In this document: one piece after another, positions 1 through 10,808 of the stretch | Layout of the letters: every line of letters starts with the position of its first letter | Numbering within the stretch: the stretch's first letter is position 1 | Origin: Myxococcota bacterium | GTDB taxonomy: Bacteria; Myxococcota_A; SURF-8 | NCBI GenBank assembly: GCA_965140415.1 | Contig: OZ223209.1 | Coordinates: forward strand, 1,344,001-1,408,000 | Length of the DNA stretch: 64,000 bases | Direction of reading: 5' to 3' | Position numbers and translations under genes: made by a program | Notes under the pieces: model-generated | The model's input: only the letters and a program-made list of their open reading frames with translations | Database searches by the model: none | What the model was told of the DNA's origin: nothing

Positions 1-435
1 GATATGATCCTGTGGCGCGAGATCATCGGCACGATCACCGACGCCATTTACGTCAAGCCGACCTTGCAGTACAACATTACGCCGTCCATCGGTGCGCGCC
101 TGGACGCCATTTTCTCCTGGGCCTACGAAGCGGACTCCACGCCGTCTTACGATCACAAGAAATACGAAACTTGGTCGGACTTCACCAACAATCCCAACGA
201 GCCGACCAGCCGTCAGACTTCGCGCTGGCTGGGTGTGGAGTTGGATGTGGAAGTCTTCTACAAATCCTTCGACGGCTTCGGCACCGGGTTGGCCTACGGC
301 GTCTTCTTCCCCGGTTCGGGCTTCGGTTACTGGGATCCCAGCTACGTGCAGGACGACGGCACGACGATGCCGACCTGGTTCAATGCTCCCAACGTGGCGC
401 AGACCCTGCAATGGCGGCTGTCCATCGAGTTCTAA
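1..435 (+). CDS. Outer-membrane beta-barrel, TIGR04551-like family (C-terminal part, truncated by window edge)
   Basis: Frame is open from base 1; DMILWREIIGTITDAIYVKP and LGVELD..YGVFFP segments resemble this family; ends in terminal Phe. Confidence 0.65.
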   Translation, partial: DMILWREIIGTITDAIYVKPTLQYNITPSIGARLDAIFSWAYEADSTPSYDHKKYETWSDFTNNPNEPTSRQTSRWLGVELDVEVFYKSFDGFGTGLAYGVFFPGSGFGYWDPSYVQDDGTTMPTWFNAPNVAQTLQWRLSIEF

Positions 436-466
436 GCCGCACTTCTACAATCCGACATGCTTTCCC

Positions 467-493
467 AACGGGCGCAACAAGCGCCCGTTTTTT
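467..493 (+). terminator. Rho-independent terminator
   Basis: AACGGGCGC-aacaa-GCGCCCGTT stem followed by T run, about 30 nt after the stop at 435. Confidence 0.8.
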
Positions 494-717
494 CGTGTGG
501 GGGGAGGGGGTATATTTTAAACGAAAAGGGGTCGGTTGGATGAATTCACCCAACACTATATGATGGTTCAAGGCTCCTGTCTTGAACCATTGGTTTGTCT
601 TGACAAAATGAAGATAAAAGAGAGGACAGGAAGGGAGCCCTGGCCCAACGTTTATGCACTTGCACGTTTACGAGAACAAGTGGCCGATCTAAGAGAGTAA
701 GTTTTCTCTCCCCCCCC

Positions 718-2844
718 TTACACCATTTCTTCCGTGGCGATGGTGGCGATGTCGGTGATACGGCGGTTGACGGTCAGCAGGGCGTCCATGATGCTCAGGT
801 GGCCTTCGCTGGAAGTGACGGTATCGCTTAATCCCATATGCAGCCGTTCCACGTGCGCGGCGCGCAGCTTGCGGGCGTACCATTCTTCCTCTTCCGCGCG
901 CTCAAGCAGTTGCCTGATGCCGTCGAGTTTCATGTCGCGGGCGGAATCGAGCACGATATCCAGGCGCGAGATCACCCGTTCTAAGAAGCGCAGCAATTCT
1001 TCTTCGCCCTCTTCGGAGAAACGCAGTTTCTTGGCCGCCATCTTTTCCAGTGCGTGCAGCATGGATTTGGTGATGATGTCCCCGATGTTCTCCAGCGTAT
1101 CGGCGATATACAAAATAGCCCGCTCGCGCTTGGCCAAGGTTTCGTTCAGGTCCATGCGACCCACCTGCGCCAGAAACGGTCGGATGGCGCGCTCCAGGGT
1201 GTCGATTTCATCATCCTTGGCGGCTGTCATGTAAATGTCGTGTTCCTTCGGGTCCAGAATCAGGTTACCCACACTAACCAACTGACCGCGCACCAATTCG
1301 GCCATGCGCATGGTTTCGCGATAGGCCTGCTCAATTGCGATATCCGGGAAGGAGAGGGAGGACTCTTGCAGGTATTTCGGCTTGAACGGTTCCGGCTTCT
1401 CCAGGCTGGGAACGATTTGGACCGTCAGCCAGCGCAGCACATTGGTAAACGGCAGAAACAATAGCGCTGCAACCAGTGTGTATAGCGAGTAGCCGTTGGC
1501 GATCTGGCGCACGATGTCGGTGTCGCCGGTCCAGTTGCTGAACACGCGTGTAGCCGCGACCAGCGGGTCCAATAGCGGCAGCAGCACCAGCATCGACAAC
1601 ACGGAATAAATCAGGTGTCCCAGCGCAACCTGCTTGCCTTCCCGGTTCGATCCCAAACTGGCCAATACCGCCGTGGCGCAGGTGCCCACCGCACTGCCCA
1701 TTGCCAGCGGAATACAGGCTTCCAGCCCGAGCATCCCCTGTACCGCCAGGGCCATCGCCAAACCGATGGTGGCGCTGGAGCTTTGAATCACCGCCGTAAA
1801 GATGGTGGCAAAGCCGATCGCCAATAGCGGGCTGCCACCCAACTCGATCATCATGGCGGTGAATTCCGGTTCGGCGCGTAGCGGGCTCATGGCGGTGGAC
1901 ATGTAGCCCATTCCGAAAAAGAGGAAGCCGAAGCCGATCACCACCTTGCTGCTGCGCTTGACGAACTTGCTTTTGCTGAGCATTTTCAGCACGAGCCCCA
2001 AGCCGATAATCAATAGCGAATATTGGCTGATATTAAAGGAGATGATCTGCACGGTCAGGATCGTACCGACCTTGGCACCGATAATCACACCCATCGCCTG
2101 GCTTAGCGTCAACAGTGTGGCGCTGACCAGACCGACCAGCATGACGGTGCTGGCGCTGGAACTTTGCAGCAAAAAAGTGGCCAGTGCGCCTAGCAGCGCG
2201 CCGGACCACTGGTTGCGCGTCATGGTGCCCAATAGCTTCCGCATCTTGTCGCCTGCAATGCGTTGCAGGTTGCGTCCGGCAAGCTCCATGCCGAAAAGGA
2301 AAAGAGCCAAACCGCCGATCATGTTGATGATCAGTTTCAACAGCCAGTTGGAGGCCAGCACCTCGGCGTAAATGCTGGTACTGATGGTTTCGCCCTCATT
2401 GGTAGCCGTACAGGCTCGCACCACGCAGGGGCCTTTGCCCTCGATTGCCATCAGCTTGGAGCGCGCCATGCCCTGCTGATCCGTAAGTGCGATCTTCGGG
2501 TTCAGAGTTGCTCCACCACCCGCTTTGCCTGGATCAAGTACGATATCGAAGCTTACTTTCGCCTTGGGGAGAGGTTTGCCGTCTTGCAGCACCTGAACGG
2601 TAAGAAGCTGTGCTTCTTCGCTTCCCTGAACGAGTCGAAGCTGGTCCGTTCCGGGAGCATAGGACAAATTACGGATCTGTACCTTGGCCGGGGGAGCTTG
2701 TTGCGTAATTTCAGGATGATCCTGAACCGGAGCAATGGCCCGACTGCTTGCAATCGGGAATCCCCCCAATATCATCATGCAAGCAATCGCTACGGCGATT
2801 GCCAGTCGATGCGATGCGTTTCGATTGCGATCCGATAGAAACAT
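718..2844 (-). CDS. Na/Pi cotransporter family protein with N-terminal signal peptide/Ig-like domain and C-terminal PhoU-like domain
   Basis: GGLALFLFGM, two QSSSA repeats, DDEIDTLE and ENIGD PhoU-type helices; about 130 aa beta-rich N-terminal extension. Confidence 0.9.
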   Translation of the reverse strand: MFLSDRNRNASHRLAIAVAIACMMILGGFPIASSRAIAPVQDHPEITQQAPPAKVQIRNLSYAPGTDQLRLVQGSEEAQLLTVQVLQDGKPLPKAKVSFDIVLDPGKAGGGATLNPKIALTDQQGMARSKLMAIEGKGPCVVRACTATNEGETISTSIYAEVLASNWLLKLIINMIGGLALFLFGMELAGRNLQRIAGDKMRKLLGTMTRNQWSGALLGALATFLLQSSSASTVMLVGLVSATLLTLSQAMGVIIGAKVGTILTVQIISFNISQYSLLIIGLGLVLKMLSKSKFVKRSSKVVIGFGFLFFGMGYMSTAMSPLRAEPEFTAMMIELGGSPLLAIGFATIFTAVIQSSSATIGLAMALAVQGMLGLEACIPLAMGSAVGTCATAVLASLGSNREGKQVALGHLIYSVLSMLVLLPLLDPLVAATRVFSNWTGDTDIVRQIANGYSLYTLVAALLFLPFTNVLRWLTVQIVPSLEKPEPFKPKYLQESSLSFPDIAIEQAYRETMRMAELVRGQLVSVGNLILDPKEHDIYMTAAKDDEIDTLERAIRPFLAQVGRMDLNETLAKRERAILYIADTLENIGDIITKSMLHALEKMAAKKLRFSEEGEEELLRFLERVISRLDIVLDSARDMKLDGIRQLLERAEEEEWYARKLRAAHVERLHMGLSDTVTSSEGHLSIMDALLTVNRRITDIATIATEEMV

Positions 2845-2913
2845 TATTCTCTGCCTGCCGCCAAACCGCAGCTTTTCGTTACTCGCTAGATGATCGAGTC
2901 GGACTTGCTGCGC

Positions 2914-4164
2914 TTATTGTACGAAGCGTTGTGCCAGGTTGAGCAGCACGCAAACTGCCTGTGCCATTACGCGGGTCGAGACCCACTCGCGGGGACCGTG
3001 GAAGTTTACGCCGCCAGCGAAAATGTTCGGGCAGGGCAGCCCCTTTTCCGTCAGCACGGAACCGTCGGTGCCACCACGAATGGGAACGAGGTTCGGCTCG
3101 ATATCGGCGTCCTTCACCGCCTGAATCAGCCGTTCGGTGACTTTGGGTTTTTCCTGTAGCCACAGACCCATGTTGCGATAGGTTTCCGAAATCGTCACTT
3201 CGGTCTTCAAACGCGGCTCTTCGGCGTTGATCTCGGCGACAAGTTTCTTCAAGCGTTCTCCTCGCTGGGCGAGTTGATCCGGATCGAAGTCGCGCAGGAT
3301 CATCGACACCGTGGCCTCCGATGCGCCACCCTCCACGCCGGTCGGATGGTAAAAGCCTTCTCGCCCTTCGGTGCCTTCCGGGCTCTCCTCGTTCGGCAGC
3401 CGGTCCAGTAGTTTACCTGCATAGCGCAGCGCATTGACTAGTTTCCCTTTGGCGTAGCCGGGATGCACCATGACACCGGTAAAGGACACGCTGGCGGCAT
3501 CGGCGCAGAAGGTCTCGCTATTGACTTCACCACTGAAACTGCCATCCACCGTGTACGCCAGTTCCGCGCCGAAGCGCTTCAAGTCGAACAGGCTGGCACC
3601 TTGCCCGATTTCTTCATCGGGAGTAAATCCGATGCGCAAGGTCGGGCGTTTGATTTCAGGGTTTTGTTGCAAGATGTGAATGGCCGCCAGGATTTCTGCG
3701 ATACCGGCTTTGTCATCCGCACCCAATAACGTGGTGCCGTCCGCCGTGATGATCGTATCGCCTTTGCAGGACAATAATTCCTTGGACTGCTCCGGCGAAA
3801 TCACGACGTCGTTTTTCAGTTCCAGATCCTGTCCCTGGTAATTTTCGTGCAAAATCGGCTGGATGTTTTCACCGCTGAAATCCGGTGCCGTATCGATATG
3901 TGCGAGCAGACCGATTGTGGGAGCCGAATCGACATTACCCGGCAGGCTTGCAAATAAATAGCCGTTTTCATCCAATTCCACATCGGTCAGTCCCATTTCC
4001 AGCAACTTGTCTTTCAGTCGCTTCAGCGCGTCTATCTGACGGCTACTGGAAGGATGCGTTTCCGATTTCGGATCGGAGGTGGTGTGCTGGCGCACCAGCC
4101 ATAAGAAAGTATCCACCAGCGGCGTCTGTTCTAAAATCATAGCAGGGTCGTTGAAAGTCTTCAT
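2914..4164 (-). CDS. pepT: Peptidase T (M20 tripeptidase)
   Basis: AHIDTAPD, GTTLLGADDKAG, FTPDEEIG, PIRGGTDG, NFHGPRE; start moved to ATG 4164 (AAGGAG upstream). Confidence 0.95.
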   Translation of the reverse strand: MKTFNDPAMILEQTPLVDTFLWLVRQHTTSDPKSETHPSSSRQIDALKRLKDKLLEMGLTDVELDENGYLFASLPGNVDSAPTIGLLAHIDTAPDFSGENIQPILHENYQGQDLELKNDVVISPEQSKELLSCKGDTIITADGTTLLGADDKAGIAEILAAIHILQQNPEIKRPTLRIGFTPDEEIGQGASLFDLKRFGAELAYTVDGSFSGEVNSETFCADAASVSFTGVMVHPGYAKGKLVNALRYAGKLLDRLPNEESPEGTEGREGFYHPTGVEGGASEATVSMILRDFDPDQLAQRGERLKKLVAEINAEEPRLKTEVTISETYRNMGLWLQEKPKVTERLIQAVKDADIEPNLVPIRGGTDGSVLTEKGLPCPNIFAGGVNFHGPREWVSTRVMAQAVCVLLNLAQRFVQ

Positions 4165-4235
4165 CCTCGTACACTCCTTACCATCAGGCAATTTGTTCGA
4201 TCGTGTATTTCATCGTTCCCAAATCGCAGTTTGTT

Positions 4236-4538
4236 CTAACTACTGTTTTTAAGAAGCACCTTGACCAAGTTGGTGGCAATGGGATGCGTAACCGTGTAGT
4301 GCATCGTGTTGCCCTTTCGCGAACCGGTTACGACTCCCCGGCTGCGCAGAATACCCAAATGCTGCGAAACCGTCGTCTGTGGAATGCCAAGCGAACTCCA
4401 AAGCTCTTTTACCGTTGCACTCTTCTCCTGTAGCATGACAATCAGTTGCAGCCGCAGAGGATGAGCGAGAACTTTAAGCAGATCCGCTTCCAGGGTGAAA
4501 CGGTTGGTTGCGTTGTATGGTTGGGATTTCGGGGACAC
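4236..4538 (-). CDS. ArsR/SmtB family transcriptional regulator
   Basis: LKVLAHPLRLQL...SQHLGILR...G..MHY winged HTH; GTG start with AGGAGG. Confidence 0.9.
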   Translation of the reverse strand: MSPKSQPYNATNRFTLEADLLKVLAHPLRLQLIVMLQEKSATVKELWSSLGIPQTTVSQHLGILRSRGVVTGSRKGNTMHYTVTHPIATNLVKVLLKNSS

Positions 4539-4656
4539 GAAACCTCCTTGTGATTCCGGCGGGCTGCTTTGATATGTCAAAGCGATGCCCGAGCCTCATC
4601 AGTATACGCAAGGGGCGGTGTTTCTGGCAAATTATTATAGGAGTTTTACAGGCTTT

Positions 4657-7600
4657 TCAATAACTGATCATCGGATCCTGGTTGTCCATGATGTCTTGCA
4701 GGGCGTTGGGAAGAATGTTGCGGATCGCCAGAACCAGTTTCTTTTCAAGCACCGGCTTGGAAAGGAAAGTGTCCGCTCCCATACTCAAGGCGCGTTGACG
4801 ATGCTTGGCTCCACCACGGGACGTGAGTACCACGATGGGCAATTGGGAAAACTCAAGCGAATTACGCACTCGCTCCATCAATTCGAACCCATTGAGATTG
4901 GGCATTTCCAGATCGACGATCATCACGTGCGGGCGGATGCCGTGCAGCTTTTGCCATGCGGCAAGGCCATCTTTGGCGGTATTGGCCTTGAATCCATGCC
5001 GTTCCAGCATGAGTTTGATCGTTTGGCGAACCGACAGGCTGTCATCGGCGATGAGCACCTTGATCTGTTGTTGCTGTTCGCTTGCGCGTTCCGTCGATTC
5101 CGGCAGGTCGAGGCTCTGTTCGAAAATAAAGGGAATGTTCAGCACCAGGCGCACTTCACCTTGCGGCGTAATGGTCGATCCCAGGAAATGAATGCAGGAA
5201 TCCAGAATCGGCGACAAAGGCCGGACGATGACGTCGTCGCGTCCCATGACCGCATCGACCATCAACGCCATGCGCTGATCACCGTTTTTCAGCACCACGA
5301 CCGGCTTTTCCAGGGACTCCACTTCTTGCCCGGTATGGAAAAAGCTTTTCAAGTGGCGCAGCGGTATCGGCTGGTCTTCGTGGATCATCCAGTCGCCAAG
5401 ATCGTTGGTTACGATTTCCGCGCGATCCGTATCGTAAATTTCTTCCACATAGCTCATTGACAGGCAGAGTACGTCCGTATCCGCCATGACCGAAATGATC
5501 GATTGCAGCGCCAGGGTCATCGGCAATTTAACAACATAGCGTGTACCGATTCCCAATTCGCTTTCCACCTGAATACTGCCATAGCTTTCGGAGATCGCGT
5601 GCCTTACGGCATCCATGCCGACACCGCGACCGGAAATGGAATCGACCGAGGAACGCGTGGAGATATTTGGGTGGAAAATCAGATTCAGAATCTCATCGTG
5701 CGTCAAACGATCCAGTTCATCCTCGGGCATCAGGTACTGTTTGCGCGCTTCTTCCAGGATGCGTTTGGTGTCGATGCCGCGTCCATCGTCGTCGATGCGC
5801 AGCACTACATGCTGCTTTTCCGCCATGGCGGAAAAGCGGATGGTGCCAGCCGAATCTTTTTTTTGGGTTTCTCGTTCACCCGGTGGTTCGATGCCGTGAT
5901 CCAGGCAGTTCCGGATAATGTGCACCAGCGAGTCCGCCAGTGTGGTGACAATCGCCTTATCCAGTTCAGTATCGCCACCATAGGTTTTGACTTTGACTTT
6001 CTTGCCCAGCATGCGCGCCAGGTTGTAGGTCTGAAATTCCAGTACGTGAAAGAGGGTGGAAACGGGCACCATGCGTACTTTGACCATCTCATCCTGAATC
6101 GAACTGACGAGTTGGTTGAAAGAGGAGCCTTCTTCGGTAAAACGTCCCAGCATTTCTTCCAGCAACTTGAAAACCGAACTGATTTTAAAGTCCAGTTCTT
6201 CCATGTTGCGAGCGAAAATAGCGAGTTCGTTGTACCGGTCGAATTCCAAATCGCTGAAGCCGCCCATGCTGGGACCAGACGTGTTAGATAACGGCAGATC
6301 CCATTGATGCTTGCGCTGAAATTCGCGAATGACCTTGTTCAGGTTTTTTCGTTCCCACTTGAATTTTTTGCTGACTCCGGCAAACGTTCCCACCAGTTCA
6401 TCCATGCGGGATCGATGGATACGCAACTCGCTCATCAGATTCATCAACAAATCGAGACGTCGCATGGAAACGCGAATCGTTGTAGAGGAACTTAGAGAAT
6501 CCTTCCCCGGTTCGGGGGATGGCATCGGCTCGGTCTGTTTTTCCTGGCTTGGTTCGGATTCCTGTTCCGTTTGCTGGTGTAGACCGATTTGACCGATCGA
6601 TTCTTTCATGGCGCGTTCGATCGAAGTGACCAGTTCCGCTCGTATTGCCGCCGCCTCTTCTTCATCATGTAGTGAGGCATCTAAAAGCAGCCGAAAGCCT
6701 TTGCCTGCTTCATAGAGCAACCCTAGTACCGTTTCATCCGGTCCCAGATTGGCTTGTTTATATTGGTCCAGAAAGTTTTCAAGCTGATGGGCGGAGTCGG
6801 CTAACAGGTGGAAACCCACAGTGGCTGCCGCACCTTTCAGCGTATGTACGACACGGAACAACTGATGAATCAGGTCTGGATTGTCCGGGTTCTTTTCCGC
6901 CTTCATAATCAAGGCGCTCAGATTGGCCAGATGTTCCTCGCCTTCGGTATGAAAAACCTTTTGCAGGTGGCTTTGGATGTCCTGTTGGCTGAGATTTGAA
7001 ATCTCCAGGGTCGGATCATCCATCACCGGTTTCGATTCGGGCGGCGGGCGGCGCCGTCTGAACAACTCCGGCAAACGCGTATCCGCTTCCAAAAAGAAAC
7101 CGCGTACCTGCTCGGAATGATGGGAATTGCCTTTCGATAGCTCCAATAAGGCTTCGGAGATCGAGGAAATACCAAGGCGGAACAGGACGACGGCGTCCTG
7201 ATTGAAATTTAGTTTGCCTTCATCGATCTGATCCAGAATGGTAATCAAAGCATCGATCAGGCGGATGATATCCACCAGTTCGATCATGCCCGCCGAGCCT
7301 TTGAGGTTCATCAGGTAGCGGAACAGGTTGCCGCGTTCGATACCGCTTTCAGGATGCTCGATCAGTCGTTCCAACGCTGCGGTCATTTCCGGTATCAGTT
7401 CCTTGGACTCCTCCAGAAACATGCGCAGCAGTTCGGTATTGAAATTGGATGGCAGCTCGAACGATGGGCTTGAGGCGCTGCGGTCGGCTTTGATATGCTC
7501 CCACAACTCCTCCAACTCATCCCATTGATGCTCTTCGATCAGCACCAGCATTTCATCAAGTACCGCCCGTATCGATGCCGAACGATTCGCGAAATCCTCA

Positions 7601-7851
7601 CCGGTCAAGACCGTGCTGGTAGCGGCCTGCTTGAACATGGTGTGAAACATTTCGCAGGCTTTGGCCATCGGGTCGCAACCGACCATACCGGCAACGCCTT
7701 TGAAATTGTGGATGGTGTCGCTGATAAGGGCGACATCTCCTTCCGCCATGGGACGATCGGCATATTCCTTTAAAAAGGCGTCTACCCGATTCAGGTAGCC
7801 ATTCGCCTCCGAAAGGAACATTTCAACCAGTTCTGGCTTGATTTCGCTCAT
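4657..7851 (-). CDS. cheA: Hybrid chemosensory histidine kinase (CheA/ChpA-like): 3 Hpt-like domains, dimerisation, HATPase, CheW, receiver
   Basis: HNFKG and HTLKG Hpt motifs, HIIRNCLDHGIE, DDGRGID, SGRGVGMDAV, C-terminal receiver (ADDS...DLEMP). Confidence 0.95.
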   Translation of the reverse strand: MSEIKPELVEMFLSEANGYLNRVDAFLKEYADRPMAEGDVALISDTIHNFKGVAGMVGCDPMAKACEMFHTMFKQAATSTVLTGEDFANRSASIRAVLDEMLVLIEEHQWDELEELWEHIKADRSASSPSFELPSNFNTELLRMFLEESKELIPEMTAALERLIEHPESGIERGNLFRYLMNLKGSAGMIELVDIIRLIDALITILDQIDEGKLNFNQDAVVLFRLGISSISEALLELSKGNSHHSEQVRGFFLEADTRLPELFRRRRPPPESKPVMDDPTLEISNLSQQDIQSHLQKVFHTEGEEHLANLSALIMKAEKNPDNPDLIHQLFRVVHTLKGAAATVGFHLLADSAHQLENFLDQYKQANLGPDETVLGLLYEAGKGFRLLLDASLHDEEEAAAIRAELVTSIERAMKESIGQIGLHQQTEQESEPSQEKQTEPMPSPEPGKDSLSSSTTIRVSMRRLDLLMNLMSELRIHRSRMDELVGTFAGVSKKFKWERKNLNKVIREFQRKHQWDLPLSNTSGPSMGGFSDLEFDRYNELAIFARNMEELDFKISSVFKLLEEMLGRFTEEGSSFNQLVSSIQDEMVKVRMVPVSTLFHVLEFQTYNLARMLGKKVKVKTYGGDTELDKAIVTTLADSLVHIIRNCLDHGIEPPGERETQKKDSAGTIRFSAMAEKQHVVLRIDDDGRGIDTKRILEEARKQYLMPEDELDRLTHDEILNLIFHPNISTRSSVDSISGRGVGMDAVRHAISESYGSIQVESELGIGTRYVVKLPMTLALQSIISVMADTDVLCLSMSYVEEIYDTDRAEIVTNDLGDWMIHEDQPIPLRHLKSFFHTGQEVESLEKPVVVLKNGDQRMALMVDAVMGRDDVIVRPLSPILDSCIHFLGSTITPQGEVRLVLNIPFIFEQSLDLPESTERASEQQQQIKVLIADDSLSVRQTIKLMLERHGFKANTAKDGLAAWQKLHGIRPHVMIVDLEMPNLNGFELMERVRNSLEFSQLPIVVLTSRGGAKHRQRALSMGADTFLSKPVLEKKLVLAIRNILPNALQDIMDNQDPMISY

Positions 7852-7857
7852 GCCCGC

Positions 7858-10122
7858 CTATTCATCCGTAGAGGAAGTAGGATCCGTTTCATCATCGTTG
7901 GAAGCGCGCTCTGAATTCGAATCGGATGGTGCGTTTTCGGCGGCAAAATCGGATTGTTCGAAAATACCCACCACGCGATCGCGTTCTTCCATAGACGGAC
8001 CCGGAATCATCCAATCCAGCCCCGAGTTACGTTCCAGTTCGCTGCGCAACCTGAAATTACGAATGACGACGTTCAGCGTATTCAAGGGAGACATCAGGTT
8101 GGTGGTTTCATTGGTGGTGCGATAAATACCCTCAGTCGTTTCCTTGGAAACCTGGTAGATCGATTTGATTTCCTCCACCATTTCGTCCATCTGCGTCACC
8201 ATGGTGCGCGAGACTTTGGAGATTTCCAGAATTTTTTCTGCGGCGGAAAGAATCACGGATTCGATCTGTTTCAGTGTGTTACCGGCTTGATCGGTCTGTG
8301 ACCAGCCCTGTTCGACATCATGCGTAACTTCCTCCATCGACAGCACGGCATCGTTGGTTTCGATCTGGATGTCTTCGATCAACGACGAAATCTCTTTGGT
8401 TGCGTTGGTCGTGCGTTCCGCCAACTTGCGGATTTCATCCGCCACGACGGCAAAACCCTTACCCTGCTCACCGGCCTTGCTGGCTTCGATGGATGCATTT
8501 AACGACAGTATGTTCGTTCGTGCGGAGATGTCGTTGATCAGTTCGACGATGGCGTTGATTTCCAGGCTGCGGTCGCCCAGCATTTTAATGGTCTTGGCGG
8601 TGGACTGCACGTTACTGCGCATGCGCAACATGTTCTGAATGGTGTCGTTCACGCGCGAAGCGCCGTCTTTGGCCGAAACCGTGGCGCGCTGCACTTCCTC
8701 GTTGGCCATATCCGCCGAAATGGATACGCGCTGCATTTGACGAGTGGCCTGTTGCGCCAGACTGGTGATGTGGTGAATTTCCCGGCCTTGTCGTTTGGCA
8801 TCCACCGCGATTTTACGGGAGGCATCCATAATCGAGTTGGAGGCCATCGAAATCTTTCTGCCGGATTCCTTGACCTGGGCGATGACTGTGGACATGCTTT
8901 CCAGAAGCATGTTCAGACCATCTACAACCGCGCCCAACACTCCAACGGTCACCGGGCTGCGTTGCGTCAAATCGCCTTCACTGGCTTTACTGACGATGTT
9001 CAATAACGACATGATGTTTTGTTGCAGCTTTTTGCGGTCTTCTTCGCTCTGGATGAGTACCGTGATGTCTTCGAGCATACGGTTGATTTCGCTTCCGAGT
9101 TCCATGAAATCGTCGCTCATCATCGAAAGTCTCACACGGCGGCTGTAGTCACCGCCGCGAATGGCGTATGCGGTTTTTTTCAGTTCTTTGACCGGAGTTA
9201 AAATGCGACGATTGGTTATTCGGAACAGTAAGTACATGATCATGATGCCGAACAGCGTACTAAAGAGCAGAATCCAGTAGCTGGTATTCGTTACCCGCAG
9301 GGATTCTTCATCGATTTGCAACAATGTCTTATTGATGCCGGCCAGTGAATCTTGAACTTCTTCCAGCACCGATGCCGTCAGTCCACCCATGGAAGAGACA
9401 ACCGACAGCGAGTAGGGGGTGCCCTTTATCGGGGTTACGACGATGAATTTTTCCTCGGACTCTCCAGGAGTTGTTCCCGGACGGGCGTTTGGGGAAGTGT
9501 TTTCGTCAACCGGAATATAGGCGCTTCCGTCTTTCCCCTTCACTTCGCGATAAACTTCCGATACCGTACCGATGTTGCCCTGCACGGAGGGATTCTCCCG
9601 AAGTTGTCCCAGTATACGGAGATAGTCCTTCTGCTGAATGACGCGTACTACCAACGGCAGGCTATGGCTCAGATTTTCACCCGAATCGATAAACTTATCC
9701 AGCAGCACTTTGTCCAGAATCGGATTGATGATGGAAATCTGGCTGTCCTGACCGATGCGTTCCGTTTGCACCATTTCCAGCAGGTGCGGATCGGAAGGGA
9801 TTTCACTTTCGATCAAGTTGCGTAGCGAAACGATCATAGCCGCCTCGCCAGCCAGGGTTTCCGCTTTCTGAATCGCGGAAAGTTTGAACATCTTCTCCGT
9901 GGTGGCCAGTGCGATACTGAGCGAATCGTTGGTGTGGGAATACGTTGCGTTCGTTCTTGTTTTAATGGTCAACAGCCCACCATTGACGATCAGAATCAGA
10001 GAGATCATGCAAAGATAGGGGACGGCAAAAGCCAGCAGAATAACCACGGCCAGACGTTTTCGAAGGCCATGCAGCCAGCCCTGTCGCTGTTCTTGTGATT
10101 TTTCTTGATCCGAATACGTCAT
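7858..10122 (-). CDS. Methyl-accepting chemotaxis protein (PilJ-like)
   Basis: Two TM segments, HAMP domain, signalling tip [34 protein letters not shown]. Confidence 0.95.
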   Translation of the reverse strand: MTYSDQEKSQEQRQGWLHGLRKRLAVVILLAFAVPYLCMISLILIVNGGLLTIKTRTNATYSHTNDSLSIALATTEKMFKLSAIQKAETLAGEAAMIVSLRNLIESEIPSDPHLLEMVQTERIGQDSQISIINPILDKVLLDKFIDSGENLSHSLPLVVRVIQQKDYLRILGQLRENPSVQGNIGTVSEVYREVKGKDGSAYIPVDENTSPNARPGTTPGESEEKFIVVTPIKGTPYSLSVVSSMGGLTASVLEEVQDSLAGINKTLLQIDEESLRVTNTSYWILLFSTLFGIMIMYLLFRITNRRILTPVKELKKTAYAIRGGDYSRRVRLSMMSDDFMELGSEINRMLEDITVLIQSEEDRKKLQQNIMSLLNIVSKASEGDLTQRSPVTVGVLGAVVDGLNMLLESMSTVIAQVKESGRKISMASNSIMDASRKIAVDAKRQGREIHHITSLAQQATRQMQRVSISADMANEEVQRATVSAKDGASRVNDTIQNMLRMRSNVQSTAKTIKMLGDRSLEINAIVELINDISARTNILSLNASIEASKAGEQGKGFAVVADEIRKLAERTTNATKEISSLIEDIQIETNDAVLSMEEVTHDVEQGWSQTDQAGNTLKQIESVILSAAEKILEISKVSRTMVTQMDEMVEEIKSIYQVSKETTEGIYRTTNETTNLMSPLNTLNVVIRNFRLRSELERNSGLDWMIPGPSMEERDRVVGIFEQSDFAAENAPSDSNSERASNDDETDPTSSTDE

Positions 10123-10150
10123 GAGTTTCCTCGATTCCTATCGGAGGTGT

Positions 10151-10666
10151 TCATGTTGCAATACCTGATTTCTTGATTTCGCGCCGCGTAATGACTCGTA
10201 TCAGATGTACCAGCTTCTCCGCATCCAACTCTACGCGCGGGATGTCATCGACTACGAATGCATGGCAACTGATTTCGGAATCCATCGTGGTTTTTGATTC
10301 ATCGGCGACAGAGACAATAGCCCCGATTTCGTCGGCCAGAATACAAAAACCGTACTCTTCGGTTTGCACCAGCAAGCTGCGTTTTCCCTTGGCTCTCCAA
10401 ATCACGGTGGGTTTTCCGAATAGCGCACCGATATCGAGCACCGGCAGCGCCACGCCGCGAATATTGGTCAAACCCAAAATAATTGTGGGGGTCAATGGGA
10501 TCGGAGTGATGTTGTCCAGGTAAAACGCCTGTACCAGGATATCGGTCGGAATCGACCAGAACCGTGTTCCCGTGCGGAACAGCAAGTATTCCTTGCGTAC
10601 TTCCGTTTCTCGTCCCATTTCCGACAAGGGCCAGGGGACCGGTTCGGTTTTATCCGCAGCGCTCAT
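10151..10666 (-). CDS. cheW: CheW-like coupling protein (PilI-like)
   Basis: ITPIP..ILGLTNIRG..LPVLD motif; position between receiver and MCP genes. Confidence 0.9.
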   Translation of the reverse strand: MSAADKTEPVPWPLSEMGRETEVRKEYLLFRTGTRFWSIPTDILVQAFYLDNITPIPLTPTIILGLTNIRGVALPVLDIGALFGKPTVIWRAKGKRSLLVQTEEYGFCILADEIGAIVSVADESKTTMDSEISCHAFVVDDIPRVELDAEKLVHLIRVITRREIKKSGIAT

Positions 10667-10808
10667 AATAGCCCTGTTCGTAGTTGGTTGTGTTTCGATC
10701 GGTTAGACTTTGAGAATGCAGTGAATCCGATCGTACCTTTGCCTTGTCCGACAAACTCTGGTTCGGAACGATCGTGACCTGACAGTGTCTTGAAGCGGGA
10801 AGTGGAAC

